DNA of 64,000 nucleotides from Antechinus flavipes (Eukaryota), in contig NC_067403.1 in assembly GCF_016432865.1 (NCBI RefSeq), forward strand, positions 258,664,001 to 258,728,000, in the 5' to 3' direction. Position 1 is the first letter of the stretch; each line of letters starts with the position of its first letter. Below are positions 45,001 through 58,110 of the stretch, piece after piece. A program made the translations under genes and the position numbers. Below the pieces are notes generated by a model. It was not told where the DNA came from. It did no database searches and worked only from the letters and a program-made list of their open reading frames with translations.

Positions 45001-46274
45001 GCCTGGAAGATTGGGAATAAACACTTTCATACCCTCAGTGGGACTTCAGAAGCATTCAGAAGCATCTAAACAAAACTCTTCCTCCTTCCTGAGGTCCATA
45101 TTACAAAGTATCTGAAGATTGGGAGTTTTTATTTCCCTCCAAGGAAAAAAGAAAACATCAGAATACAGCAGTAGAAACTTCTGCAGCTCCCCATTTCTCA
45201 AACTGACCAGTTTTTCAGCTGTGCAATTGAGGGAATCAATACAAATATATAAAGGAAGGATTCAACTCACACAGATAACTTCAGTAGATCTAAGGATGAT
45301 AAAGAATTACAAAGCAGGTTCCCACATTGAGAACTTTTGATTTTTCCCTCTCCAGGTTCCTGATTCCTGTGCCTGGTCCAGCTGTTGGTACTTGAACCTA
45401 TCCCTCTCAGGAATCTCCTGGCTAGACACTGGTGCATGAGAAATGGTATAGGAGCAGGATTCAGAATAATCCCTCTCTTGCTCTTATATTCCCTTCCTTT
45501 TTCTCCCAATTCATAGGCTTGGTCAAAAATATTTTCTATTTGTTTTCAAGCACTAAGGGTAGAGATTTGCCAAACCCCAGCCTCAGGAGATGAACTCCCC
45601 AAAGCACTCAGGTCCAGAGAAAGTTTCCTAAATGATGTTTCTCTGTTCTCTTTGATTCTCTCTAAATACTACCCGTACACTAGGGCATTAGAGGAATTAT
45701 CTTTAGATTGATATGGCCCAATCCACTGAATAATCTTTCCCATTATATTTGCCTACTTATCAGCCAGACTTCCTGGCACTTAAGGAAGAAATATCATTTG
45801 TGAACCACACTTTCTAACTCTCACAGAATTTTTCTGAATGAGACAGAAACAGAGAGAGAAATAGAGAGAAAGAAAAACACACACACAGAGGAAAAGGCAA
45901 AGGGTAAGAGGATAAGCATTGATACAGTGCATACCGAATGCTAGGAACAGTGCTAAATATATTACAAACATTATTCTATTTGATCTTCACCATACCCTTG
46001 TATAGTAAGTGCTCATATTCTTGCTATTTTGTAGTTGAGTAAATTAAGGCAGGAAGAGATTTATTGCCTTGTCCAGAGTCACATAGCTAGGATCTGAGCT
46101 TGGATTTGAACTCAGACCTTTCTGACTCTAGACCTAGTACTCTATTTACTATATAACCTTGTTGCCTAGATAGATAGGTAGATGAATAGATCTAGAAAGC
46201 ATCTTATTTCAGGAATAATGAGACAAAAGGATGATATCTCTATTTTGTTCCTAAGGACATAAATAAAGTGAGCA

Positions 46275-46852
46275 TTTTTCTTTTTTTTTTTTTAGGTGTA
46301 TTCCATATCTTTTTTTAAAATAGCTTTTTATTTACAAGTTATATGCATGGGTAATTTTACAGCATTGACAATTGCCAAACCTTTTGTTCCAATTTTTCCT
46401 CTCCTTCTCCCCACCCTGTCCCCCAGATGGCAGGATGACCAGTAGATGTTAAATATATTAAAGTATAAATTAAATGCAAAATAAGTATACATGACCAAAC
46501 CATTATTTTACTGTATAAAAAGAATCAGACTCTGAAATATTGTACAATTAGTCTGTGTAGAAAATCCAAAATGCAGGCAGGCAAAAATATAGGGATTGGG
46601 AATTCAATGTAATGGTTCTTAGTCATCTCCCAGAGTTCTTTCGCTGAGTGTAGCTGGTTCAGTTCATTCCTGCTCCATTGGAACTGATTTGGTTCATCTC
46701 ATTGCTGGAAAGGGCCAGGTCCATCAGAATTGATCATCATATAGTATTGTTGTTGAAGTATATAATGATCTCCTGGCCCTGCTCATTTCACTCAGCATCA
46801 GTTTGTGTAAGTCTCTCCAGGCCTTTCTGAAATCATCCTGTTGGTCATTTTT
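46275..46852 (-). mobile_element. L1 3' end
   Basis: Poly-T start, L1 3' UTR and ORF2 end. Confidence 0.85.
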
Positions 46853-46854
46853 TC

Positions 46855-47780
46855 AGATAATGAAAATAAAGCCATCTGAAGTCATATGAAAAGATACTCT
46901 AAGTAACTATTGAATAGAGAAATTCAAATTAAAACAATTCTGAAGTGCTACTTTATACCTTTCAAATTGACTAAAATGACAGGAAAAGACATAAACGATA
47001 AAGACAGATTTAATGATAAATGTTGGAGTAGATGTGGAAAAACTGGGACAATCAATGCATTGTTGGTGGAGTTGTGAAGTGATTCAACCATTCTGGACAG
47101 CAATTTGGAACTCTACCCAAAGGGCTATCAAACTGTGCATACCTTTTTGATCCAGCACTGCCATCCTGAATCTGTATCCCAAAGAAATCACAAAAGAGGG
47201 AAAAGGATCAACATGTACAAAAATGTTTGTAGCAACCCTTTTTGTGGTGACTTGGAATTGGAATTGGAACTTAAGTGGATGTCATCAACTGTAGCATGAG
47301 TGAATAAGTTGTGGTATATGAATATAAGGGAATATTATTATTCTATAAGAAATGATCAGCAGGCTGATTTCAGAAAAACCTAGAAAGATTTACATGAAAT
47401 GATGCTGAGTGAAATAATCAGAACCAAGAGAACATTGGACATAGCAACAGCAAGATTATGTGCTGATCAACTGTGATGGACTTGGCTCTGCTAAGATCAA
47501 GACAATTCCATAAGCTTGGGATGGAAAATGCCAAAATCTCCAGAAAGAGAACTATGGAGAATGAATGTGGATTGAAGTATATTATTTTCACCTTTGTTTG
47601 CTTGGTTGTTTTCTATTTCTCTTGTTTTTTTCCCTTTTTGTTCTGATTTTTCTTCACAATATGACAAATATGGAAATATGTTTAAAAGAATTCACATACT
47701 TAACTTATCTTGGATTCTTTGCTATCATGAGGAAGGGGAGGTAAGGGAGAAAAATTTGGAACACAAAGTTTTACAAAAAC
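46855..47780 (+). mobile_element. Older L1 ORF2 C-terminus / 3' UTR
   Basis: atgcattgttggtggagttgtga and actgtgcatacc..ttgatccagca motifs. Confidence 0.85.
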
Positions 47781-48464
47781 AATTCAGCTGAGGGTATAAG
47801 CAAAGCTTGATTGAATGCCTTATTGAAAGTGAATTCCAGCATGCTCCCAGGAAAAGGAAAGTTGTTTTGAAATCAGAAATCAACAAAGCTAAGTGAAATT
47901 GACAATACTATTGCAGTTTAATAAATTGGTAAGGTAAATTAGAAACAGTCTATACTTTTCATATACATTCAAGGTTTGAAACTAAAGGGTCTTGGAGTTT
48001 TGAAAAATATTTTTCAGAGAGAGTCTTAATCTCACTGAAATAAAAAGATTTAGGAATTTTTAAAAGCAATGCCCCATTGATAGAGACAGCATGTCTCCCT
48101 TTCCAAATCATTATAAGACTGCAAAATATGATACATTAAATGAATTAAATTTAATTGATTTGTGGAGAAAATTTTTTTCCTTACTTTGTTTTAAATAGTC
48201 ATGCTAAAGGATGAGTAATTCAGAAAATTTAAAGGAATTGCTTTAGCTCTTTAGTTAACTCAAAGAAAAACAAAAAACAAAAACAAAACAAAGACGCCAT
48301 AGTGGGAAGTTAAGAGTGAATGAATGAATTTTTTGTAATATAAGGCAACTAGAAAATAATGGAACCTTGTGCAAAATGAGGTTTAGTTATTGCCACCAGT
48401 TAATATAAATCAAAAGTAATTGAGTTTAAAATATTATAATGATAGTAAATTAGAGATTCTTATA

Positions 48465-49880
48465 TATTCTTGGTTGTAATCCTAGCATTGCTCTCCAGAA
48501 TATTATATTCCAAGCCCTCCTATCCTTCAATAGCTGTTAAATCTTGTGTTACCCTGACTGTGACTCTACTATACTTGAATTTGTTTCTTTCTGGATGCTT
48601 GCAGTATTTTCTCCTTGACATAGGAGTTTTGAAATTTGGCTATGATATTCCTGGGTTTTCATTTTGAGATCTCTTTCACGAGATGATTGGTGGATTTTTT
48701 CAATTTCTATTTTATCATCTGGTTCCAGAATATCAGGATAGTTTCCTTGTTAATTTCTTGAAAGCTGACATCCAAACTCTTTTTTTGATCATGACTTTCA
48801 GGTAGACAAATGATTTTCAAATTATCTCTTCTAGATCTATTTTTCAGGTCAGTTGTTTTTCCAAAAAGATATTTCACATTTTTCCTATCTTTCATTTTTT
48901 TTTATTTTGCTTTATTGTATCTTGATTTCTCATAAAGTCATTAGCTTGCAATCTGGAATTATGTCCAAAAAGTTATCAAACTGTGCATACCCTTTGATCC
49001 AGCAGTGTTACTTCTGGGCTTATATCTCAAAGAAATACTAAACAAGGGAAAGGGACCTGCATGTGCCAGAATGTTTGTGGCAGCCCTGTTTGTAATGGCT
49101 AGAAACTGGAAATTGAATGGATGCCCATCAATTGGAGAATGGCTGGGTAAATTGTGGTATATGAATGTTATGGAATATTATTGTTCTGTAAGAAATGACC
49201 AGCAGGATGAATACAGAGAGGCTTGGAGAGACTTACAGGAACTGATGCTAAGTGAAATGAGCAGAACCAGGAGATCATTATACACTTCAACAACGATATT
49301 GTATCAGGATGTATTCTGATGGAAGTGGATTTCTTTGACAAAGAGACCTAACTCAGTTTCAATTGATCAATGATGGACAGAAGCAGCTACATCCAAAGAA
49401 AGAACACTGGGAAATGAATGTGAACTATTTGCATTTTTGTTTTTCTTCCCAGGTTATTTTTACCTTCTGAATCCAATTCTCCCTGTGCAACAAGAGAACT
49501 GTTCGTTTCTGCAAACATATATTGTATCTAGGATATATTGCAACATATCTAACATATATAGAACTGCTTGCCATCTAGGGGAGGGGGTGGAGGGAGGGAG
49601 GGGAAAAATCGGAACAGAAGTGAGTGCAAGGGATAATGTTGTAAAAAATTACCCTGACATGGATTCTGTCAATATAAAGTTATTATAAAATAAAATAATA
49701 TATATATATATGTATGTATGTGTGTGTGTGTGTGCGTGTGTATAAAGTCATTAGCTTCTGTTTGCTCAATTCTAATTTTTAAAGAATTATTTTCTTCAGT
49801 GAGTATTTGTACCTCGTTTCCCATTTGGTCCATTTTGTTTTTTAAGGCATTCTTCTCTCATAAGCTTTTTGTAAAGCAAT
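48465..49880 (-). mobile_element. L1 ORF1 fragment split by a younger L1
   Basis: ORF 48707-48895 reads GKTTDLKNRSRRDNLKIICLPESH (ORF1p RRM start). It resumes at 49742-49880. Confidence 0.85.
48948..49741 (+). mobile_element. Young 5'-truncated L1 with a microsatellite tail
   Basis: 16-bp TSD ataaagtcattagctt at 48932-48947 and 49742-49757. ORF2 C-terminus at 49005-49319. Confidence 0.92.
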
Positions 49881-51412
49881 ATTAGCATAAGTCAGGACAG
49901 TTTATCTCTTACCTTTCTATTCTCCTCCCTATTCTCCCAATTACATAGGTCTAGACATAAAAACTTTCTATTTGCTTTCTGGCACCAAGAGTAGTGATTT
50001 CTCATACACTGATCTCCAGAGATGAACTCCCAAAGGCTTTTAAATTCAGATAAAGCTTTCTAAATGATTTTTCTCTGGTAAAGACTTTGATTTTCCCTTA
50101 AATATCAATCTGTACACAAGGGCATTAGAGAAATTATTGTTAGATTGGTGTGGGCCATTATCCCCAATCCACTGATCTTTCCCATTATCCTTGCATACTT
50201 ATCAGTCATGGTAGCCACAATTTAAGGAAGAAATCCCTGTGGGACATCTGGCTCATCAGCTTTCTTTCTAGCTCTCACCGACTATTATGAGAGTGAAATT
50301 GGGTATTCTTCTGTTGACTCAACTTTCCATAGAGATCCAAGAGCCTCAAATTTCCTATATTACAGATATGTATTAGAGTGAGGCTTGACTTGGGAGGAAT
50401 GGATTTTAAAGTTCTATTAAGAAAAAAAATGTATATATACTTATGAAAACATACATCCATGTATATGAATATATATATCCACAAAATATCGACATATATA
50501 CATATATAAACGTGTAAGAATGGACAAATATATGTATACAACATTATATATATATATATATATATATATATACCCATTTATGCATATGTACACATTTCTA
50601 TTTATGCAAGGCATTCCTAATCTAAAGGCCATCAATAGCTTTTCCATGTTCTGTAAACTTGGAAAGAGGGAAATTATCTTTGTTTTCATTAACTTCAAAT
50701 TGAATTTCAGTATTTTCTTCAATTATTAAGAAATTATTCTTAAGATTAGGAGTCCATAGGCATGATGGGATACAAAAAATATTCATAACTCAAAAATACA
50801 CAATATATTTATGTGCAAGTATGTTCATGTAGATATATGATCACAAAACTATAGTAGCATTGTACATTTGTTGTACATGCACATATATACATTTATGTGT
50901 GTGTTTAAGTGCCTCTATCACAATCTTTCCTGCAGGTAAGCAAAGATAAAGGTGCTAGGTCAATCATAACTAATAGCACAAACTGATACTGATGCTCTTG
51001 CCCTCTACGTGATCTCAGATTTTGTCTTGGTGACTATTCCTGGTCATTTGGTATCTATAACATTTTGTTCTTGAGAAATATGCTTATAAGGCACACTAGA
51101 TACAGTTAATAGACTAACATACTTGATCCTGGAAGAGATTTGGATATAAATCCTGCCCCCAAATTGTATTTCTGAATGACTATAGGCAAGTTACTTTCTT
51201 TTCCTTAACCTCACTTTACTTTTCAGTCAAATTGAGGTCCATTAATCAAGCAGAATTTTGTGAAACATCTACTAACAGCCAAGGAGCTCTGCTAATTACT
51301 GGGGATAGCAATTCAAAAAATAAACAGTCTCTACTTTCAAAGAGAATTACTATAGTGTTGGAGGCAGTGAAAACACATATATGGGTGTGTTTAAGAAAAT
51401 GTATGTATAGGC

Positions 51413-52746
51413 ATGACCTAGGCATAAAGAACGAGATTATAAATAAATTAGAGGAACATAGGATAGTTTATCTCTCAGACTTGTGGAGGAGAAAGAAATT
51501 TGTGACCAAAGATGAACTAGAGACCATTACCAATCACAAAATAGAAAATTTTTATTATATCAAATTAAAAAGCCTTTGTACAAACAGAAAGAATGCAAAC
51601 AAGATTAGTAGGGAAGCAACAAACTGGGAAAACATCTTTACAATTAAAGGTTCTGATAAAGGCCTCATTTCCAAAATATATAGAGAACTGACTCAAATTT
51701 ATAAAAAATCAAGCCATTCTCCAATTGATAAATGGTCAAAGGATATGAACAGACAATTTTCAGATGAAGAAATTGAAACTATTACCACTCACATGAAAGA
51801 GTGTTCCAAATCACTATTGATCAGAGAAATGCAAATTAAGACAACTCTGAGATATCACTACACACCTGTCAGATTGGCTAAGATGACAGGAAAAAATAAT
51901 GATGAATGTTGGAGGGGATGCGGGAAAACGGGGACACTGATGCATTGTTGGTGGAGTTGTGAACGAATCCAGCCATTCTGGAGAGCAATCTGGAATTATG
52001 CCCAAAAAGTTATCAAACTGTGCATACCCTTTGATCCAGCAGTGTTTCTATTGGGCTTATACCCCAAAGAGATACTAAAAAAGGGAAGGGGACGGTATGT
52101 GCCAAAATGTTTGTAGCAGCCCTGTTTGTAGTGGCTAGAAACTGGAAAATGAATGGATGCCCATCAATTGGAGAATGGCTGGGTAAATTGTGGTATATGA
52201 ATGTTATGGAATATTATTGCTCTGTAAGGAATGACCAGCAGGATGAATACAGAGAGGCTTGGAGAGACCTACATGGACTGATACTAAGTGAGATGAGCAG
52301 AACCAGGAGATCATTATACACTTCGACAACGATATGGTATGAGGATGTATTCTGATGGAAGTGGATTTCTCTGACAAAGAGATTTACTGAGTTTCATTGG
52401 AGAAATGATGGACAGAAACAGCTACACCCAAAGAAGGAACACTGGGAAATGAATGTGAACTATTTGCATTTTTGATTTTCTTCCCGAGTTATTTTTACCT
52501 TCTGAATCCAATTCTCCCTGTGCAGCGGGAGAACTGTTCGGTTCTGCAAATATGTATTGTATCTAGGATATACTGCAACATATTTAACATATATAGGACT
52601 GCTTGCCATCTTGGGGGGGGAGGAGGGAGGGAGGGGAAAAAACGAAACATAAGTGATTGCAAGGGATAATGTGTAAAAATTACCCTGGCATGGATTCTGT
52701 CAATACAAAGTTATTATTAAATAAAATAAAATTAAAAAAAAAAGAA
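51413..52746 (+). mobile_element. Young 5'-truncated L1 (ORF2 C-terminus + 3' UTR + A tail)
   Basis: Perfect 20-bp TSD aagaaaatgtatgtataggc at 51393-51412 and 52747-52766. ORF2 with CWRGCGKTGTLMHCWW is open apart from one frameshift near 52090. Confidence 0.95.
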
Positions 52747-54574
52747 AAGAAAATGTATGTATAGGCTCTAAATATGCGTGTTGAGTAAATATATAGACAT
52801 AGTTGACATGGATAGATATGATCTGAGGTCAAGTTCTCCTCTGAAGAGAGTATGAGATGGGCCATCCTCACATTACCTGTGCATATAAAGATCAACAGAA
52901 ATAGCGAAGAGTAAGTAAGTCATTTGACTAAGCAAAAGCCAACAAAAATCAGAGAAGTTCTACAGATGAGAATGACCTAGAATAAGTGAACTCTTTGATT
53001 TAGAGAGAGATTGGATCTCAGCTCAAATCAGGAGAGAGAATTCCCTCACCAAGGGATACTCTTAGAAAATCCGTAGGTCTATAAATCTTGAAATTCAAGG
53101 GACATAGTGAGTTAGACTTTCAAACCAATTTATAGTTAGAAAGGCCTGAGGGTGCAAGTCAATCTCTGTCTTGAACCATTCTCCTAGACCATCTCTGTAG
53201 ACCTGCTTCTAAACACCTCAAGTGAACGTTTTATGGTAGATATGAAATATCATGGTCCACATTTTCCAGTTGAGGGCCAGGCCTTTCTTTCAAAATAGTT
53301 CACACAGCACACAACACACAACAATTGGGTTACTAATTCATGGGGTAGACACTACTGGGGTGGAAGGCAGTGGTAATTGGAGGGAAGCCCATGCAGTCAA
53401 CGTTTATTTGAACTGAGTCTTGAAGAACATGAGGGATTCTGAGGAATGGAGGTGGGAATAGAGTGCATTCTTGACAGTGGGGACAGTTACCACAAATGTA
53501 CAGATGAAAGAGAATGCTAGAAATGATGAGAAACAATAAGAAGCAATTTTGGCTGTGCTACCACTAGTATAGAGAAGAGGGGAGATTGATAAAGCTGGAA
53601 AGTGGCTCTGACTTAGCAATGGCTGTTAATCCCTAATGGGAAAGTTCATATTGGCTCCTGGTCATCAGAGGGAACCATGGGGGTTTATGGAAATTAGGAA
53701 GAGATGTGTGCAGATTTATCCTGTAGTAAAACACATTTGGGTGCTGAGGGCCTGACCAATAATTGCCATTGTTTGGGGGAAGAAATGGAAGTTAACTTAG
53801 TGAGGTCATGAGGTAGAAACAAGGCTCAGAAATAGTTTGAATACATGGAGTTAGTGAGAATGAAGAGTCCAAGATGAACCCAGAGTTTTCTGTCTGGTCA
53901 CTCCCAGTTCAGGCTTGACTCTTCATGCTTTATTTCTCCCTAGTGTTTAGATACTTCTTGGTTTCCTGTCTCCACTTGTTGCCTCAGAAATGGCAGAGTC
54001 AGAAGCAACATTTCCCTTGAGACTTTTCTCTGCTTATAATTGTACCGATTTATTGTTTTGGGTAAGACCTTCTCTTTTCCTCCTCACTCACAAGTGACTC
54101 ATAAGATCTGTTCTGGAGGGAAAAGACTTATTTTTAATATTTCTTATCTATGGACAAGAGGATTAAGTAAGAGGCATTGGCCCTGAACTGCCCCACATTG
54201 CTGGTGGGCAGCAGAGGGAGTGCCGTGGGTAGAGAGCTGGGCCTGATCTCAGGAAGACTGACCTGATTTCAAATCCAGTCTCAGATTTTGCTGATTTTGT
54301 ACAAGATACTTAACCTTCATCTTCATCTCCTAAATTGTAAAATGGAGATCATAATATCTATTTTCCAATATTGTTGTGAGGATTAACTTATTTTGTTTCC
54401 ATTTTGATTTTTCTACTATGTCTTTTTCTCACATGATTGATAAAGCAGTTCTCACACTATATAAAATAATCATAGTCATAAGTGGCTGGGTGATATAATG
54501 GATAGAACACTGCTCCTTGAGTCAGGAAGACCTAAGTTTAAATCCTGTCTGAAGCTAGCTAGCTATGAATGCTC

Positions 54575-54990
54575 ACAGCACTAACCTTTCAGGGCTATTA
54601 TGAAGATTCGGTGATATACTGGTCAAGTGATTTATAAACCTTACAATGCATAACATTAATGGTTGTAGTTGTGGTGGTGGTGACAACAGAGGTAATGGTA
54701 GTAGCAGTAGTAACAGCAATAGCAGCACTAGTAGTAATTGTAGTAGTAGTAGAAGTAGAAGTAGAAGTAGAAGTAGCAATAGCAGCAGCAGCAGTACTAG
54801 TAGTAGTAGTATTACTACTACCAGTAACAGTAGTAGTAATAATAGTGCCACTAGTAGTAATAGTAATACTAGTAGTAGTAATAGTACTAGTAGTAGTAAT
54901 GGTGATAAGAGTGATACTTGTTTTATCTCTGAACTTTTTGAAAAGACCTCAAGTTTATTTCTATTATGTGTAAATATCACTTTGGGCTTC
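54575..54990 (-). mobile_element. Old L1 RT fragment with an internal trinucleotide expansion
   Basis: KPKVIFTHNRNKLEVF..KQVSLLSPLL aligns with the L1 RT segment before GCPLSPLL. Confidence 0.65.
54660..54905. repeat. Compound (AGT)n/(AGC)n/(AAT)n microsatellite
   Basis: Directly visible. Confidence 0.95.
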
Positions 54991-55557
54991 ATTTGACTTT
55001 GGGAGTGATAATGATGACAATGACCTTCATGGCATTACAGGCTAAGAGAGCATTCATTTATACCTCTGCCTCTGTTAGATTGGATTTATATTCTTACAAT
55101 ATTGTAGCCCAGCATATTTTAAACTAACTTGATGATAACAGGTATAATTTTCGACTGTTTAAAAACTTGATATATATTTCCTAACATATACAACTTGAAA
55201 CTTCCAGAAGAATGGAAATGGGCAATGGAAATATTCTTTATTTGGGCAGCTCCTTATATCATAAATCTCAAAGGAAGAGACAGGGAATCCTAGTGCTTTA
55301 AGAAGAAGAAAGGTTATTTGGATCTGGGAATTGTTACCACATATCTTTCAAAAATGGGAGGGAAGAAATATATGGATTTATACATAATTTTCTTTTTTCT
55401 CTTGAAGTACTAAGAATATTGGCTCTTAAAAATTAAAATCTTACCACTAGTAATTATAGATCAGTATTTAATTTGATTTAACCCAAAATCTAAATTCCTG
55501 AAGGAAATTAGAATGGGGTCTGAATGTGTGCTTTTCTATCAAAATTGTTATAATAAA

Positions 55558-55589
<32 letters not shown>

Positions 55590-55605
55590 GTATATATATA
55601 TATAG
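55558..55605. repeat. (TA)n microsatellite
   Basis: Directly visible. Confidence 0.9.
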
Positions 55606-56112
55606 TAAATAAAAGTAAAATCACAACCTACCTGGAAAAGACATTTGTTACTTGATGGTAAAAAACTTACTAGCTGTATGGCTCCAATGAAGTTTTGGTT
55701 AATTCAGTTTACTGTTCTTCAAAGGGGTAATAATAGAATACACCACTACGGATTGCGTTGAGGATCAAAAGATTATAAATTTGTGAAAAATGCAATTGCT
55801 CTATGAATTTCAACTGGTTTTATTTTATTACTACGCATGGGTTTTTAGATGTGAACAGTGTACAATGTCAATATTATATGAATGACAAATGAATGACATT
55901 TGGAAGTTGTGCTTATTTTAAAAGGAAGATTTACACCTAAAATTACTTGGCCATCACTTAAGAAAATTATGAGATTGTTAATTAAGTTATTTGGAGTTAG
56001 AGTTTTAATCAAGTCTTAACATAGCTATTTTAAAAGGAAAAATAGGTAAATATACTAAAGTTAACATCGTCTTTGTTAAACTATAAGTATTCTTAGAACT
56101 ATATAGTCATAA

Positions 56113-56251
56113 TTTTTTCCCTAAGGCAAGAGGGGTTAATTGACTTGCTCAGGGTCACACAGGAAGTGTTCAGTATCTGAGATCTGATTTGAACTCAGGT
56201 CCTCCTGACTTCAGGGCTGGTGCTCTATCCACTGGCCCACTTAGCTGCCCC
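56113..56251 (-). mobile_element. Short marsupial SINE
   Basis: Same consensus as 34326-34472 and 63551-63699. Confidence 0.8.
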
Positions 56252-57399
56252 TAGACATAAAATTTTTATCAATCCTGTGCAAGAGCTTGTTGCCTTGTGG
56301 AATTTCTACTGAGAAAATGGAATATATTTTTTGCAATGGGAGTGAAATTTTTCCAGTCTTATAATATAGAGTGAGTTTCATCTAAGACTATTTGTCCATA
56401 ACTTGTGGAGATTATATATATCTTCAAAAGATTTAATATTGATAAATTCCAATTTTAAAGATTTATTTTTACTTTAAGATTGAATAAAAGAGAAGTGTCT
56501 GTCATTTTAAAGATCTCCAACTAATTGATTTCATAAAATCTTGTTAACTTTTTAACATCAGAACAAAATTTAGGCTATTTTTTTTAAAAAAAGGGAAATG
56601 CTTTTAGGAAGGAATGTTTAAGGAAAGAGAAAACTTCTGTTAAAAAAAAAAACACAAATTTTTGTGTGATTTTGTTTAAGAAGGCCCATTTAATTTTATT
56701 TGTAAGCTAATTTATTTCAGTATTTTGATATCAATAATAATTGTGTTCTAATGTACTGTGATTAGTGAGATTTTATTATTTTGGGGGAAAACTTTTTTTG
56801 AGATTCAAAATTAAGTTTCCTATGCTCTTGGACCATCCTTAAATAGACTGCAGTCAGCAGGTCAATGGAAGCAATTACTTGAGATGTAAGTCTAGTGAAA
56901 TATCAGGTCTTGGGAAACCAAGTAGCAAGCTTATTTTGGAAAATCTCAGTCACTCCCACCCAAGAAATCTTTTTACTTAGTTCCATCTATGCAAGGCTAC
57001 TTGTGGTGGTGTAGGTCTGGAGGACAAGTTGTTATGCAAAGAATTTAATCTATCTATGGAAGTCCATTATGTTCTGCTCAGACTTACGTGGGGTTTGCTG
57101 TCTTTGATAGCCTAAATCTATGGATAGTCTGGTATAGAGATATATAGAAATAAAGAGAAATATTCAGGTTAGAAATATATAGAAATAAAGAGAGATAGTT
57201 AGGTTTCATTGTAATATAGCCCATCTCCCAAATCGAGTCAGCCAATTAGATTTGATTGCTGTTTTATGGATCATCTAATATTTTGTAGGCTATATAAGCT
57301 ATGAGCCTGACAACATGGTAGTCTTTGATCAAAGAGAAATGGTCAAATGACCACCCTTTATTAATAATCTGCTGGCCTTGCTAATAAAATGATTAAATT

Positions 57400-58110
57400 A
57401 TCCAGAAACTACATCTCTCAAACCTTTTAAAAGTCATATACATCCATTTTCAAAGATGATTAGGCAAAAAGGAAACTAATTTACATGTTATAAAATGTTT
57501 ATAGCAATTTTTTTTGTAGTGGCAAAAAAATAGAAATTGCAGGGATGTCCATCGTAGGAAAATGGCTGAGTAATTTGTGGCATGTATTTGTGCTGGAATA
57601 CTACTACACTGTAAGAAATGATGAGCTCAATGGATGGAAAAATTTGAATGAAATAATGAAGAGTAGAATGAGCAGAGCTAAGAGAATATTGTTTATAGTA
57701 ACAATAAAACAGCAATATTATTTTATGAATAACTTTGAGTAAATAAGGTTTTTGTTATTATATATCTCCAAATTAATTATAAAGGACCTATGAAGAAAGA
57801 CACTCTCTGAATACAAGAAAGAAGTGATAAATATAAATATGTATAGGATAATTGTACATTCATATATATGTGTGTGTCTATATTTATCTATCAATTAATC
57901 AATCTCTCCCCATTTGAGTCTAATGATAGCTATCTCTAAGGTGAGGAGTTGAGCAGGGAAGAAAAAACATATGTAAGTGATAATTTTGTTATATACTTGA
58001 AAGCAAGAACAAGTTGTATAGAGTGGATTTGAAAATTTATGTACAATCATCTTTTTTAATGTTCTATATTAATGAAATCCTTGTTTTATTCCATTAATCA
58101 AAAATAAAAT
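57400..58110 (+). mobile_element. Old L1 3' end
   Basis: ttttgtagtggcaaaa..gggatgtccatc..tactacactgtaagaaatgatga. Confidence 0.75.

Noticed and set aside
51232-52116. 294-aa ORF as a new chimeric gene
   Set aside because: A TTG start in flanking DNA reads by chance through the TSD into a truncated L1 ORF2.
54573-54992. Poly-Leu membrane protein or poly-Ser protein
   Set aside because: Produced by a trinucleotide microsatellite inside an L1 relic.
56300-57400. A further MRGPR copy expected after the flank-like block at 55370-55700 (similar to 30720-31000)
   Set aside because: No GPCR motifs were found on either strand in this interval.
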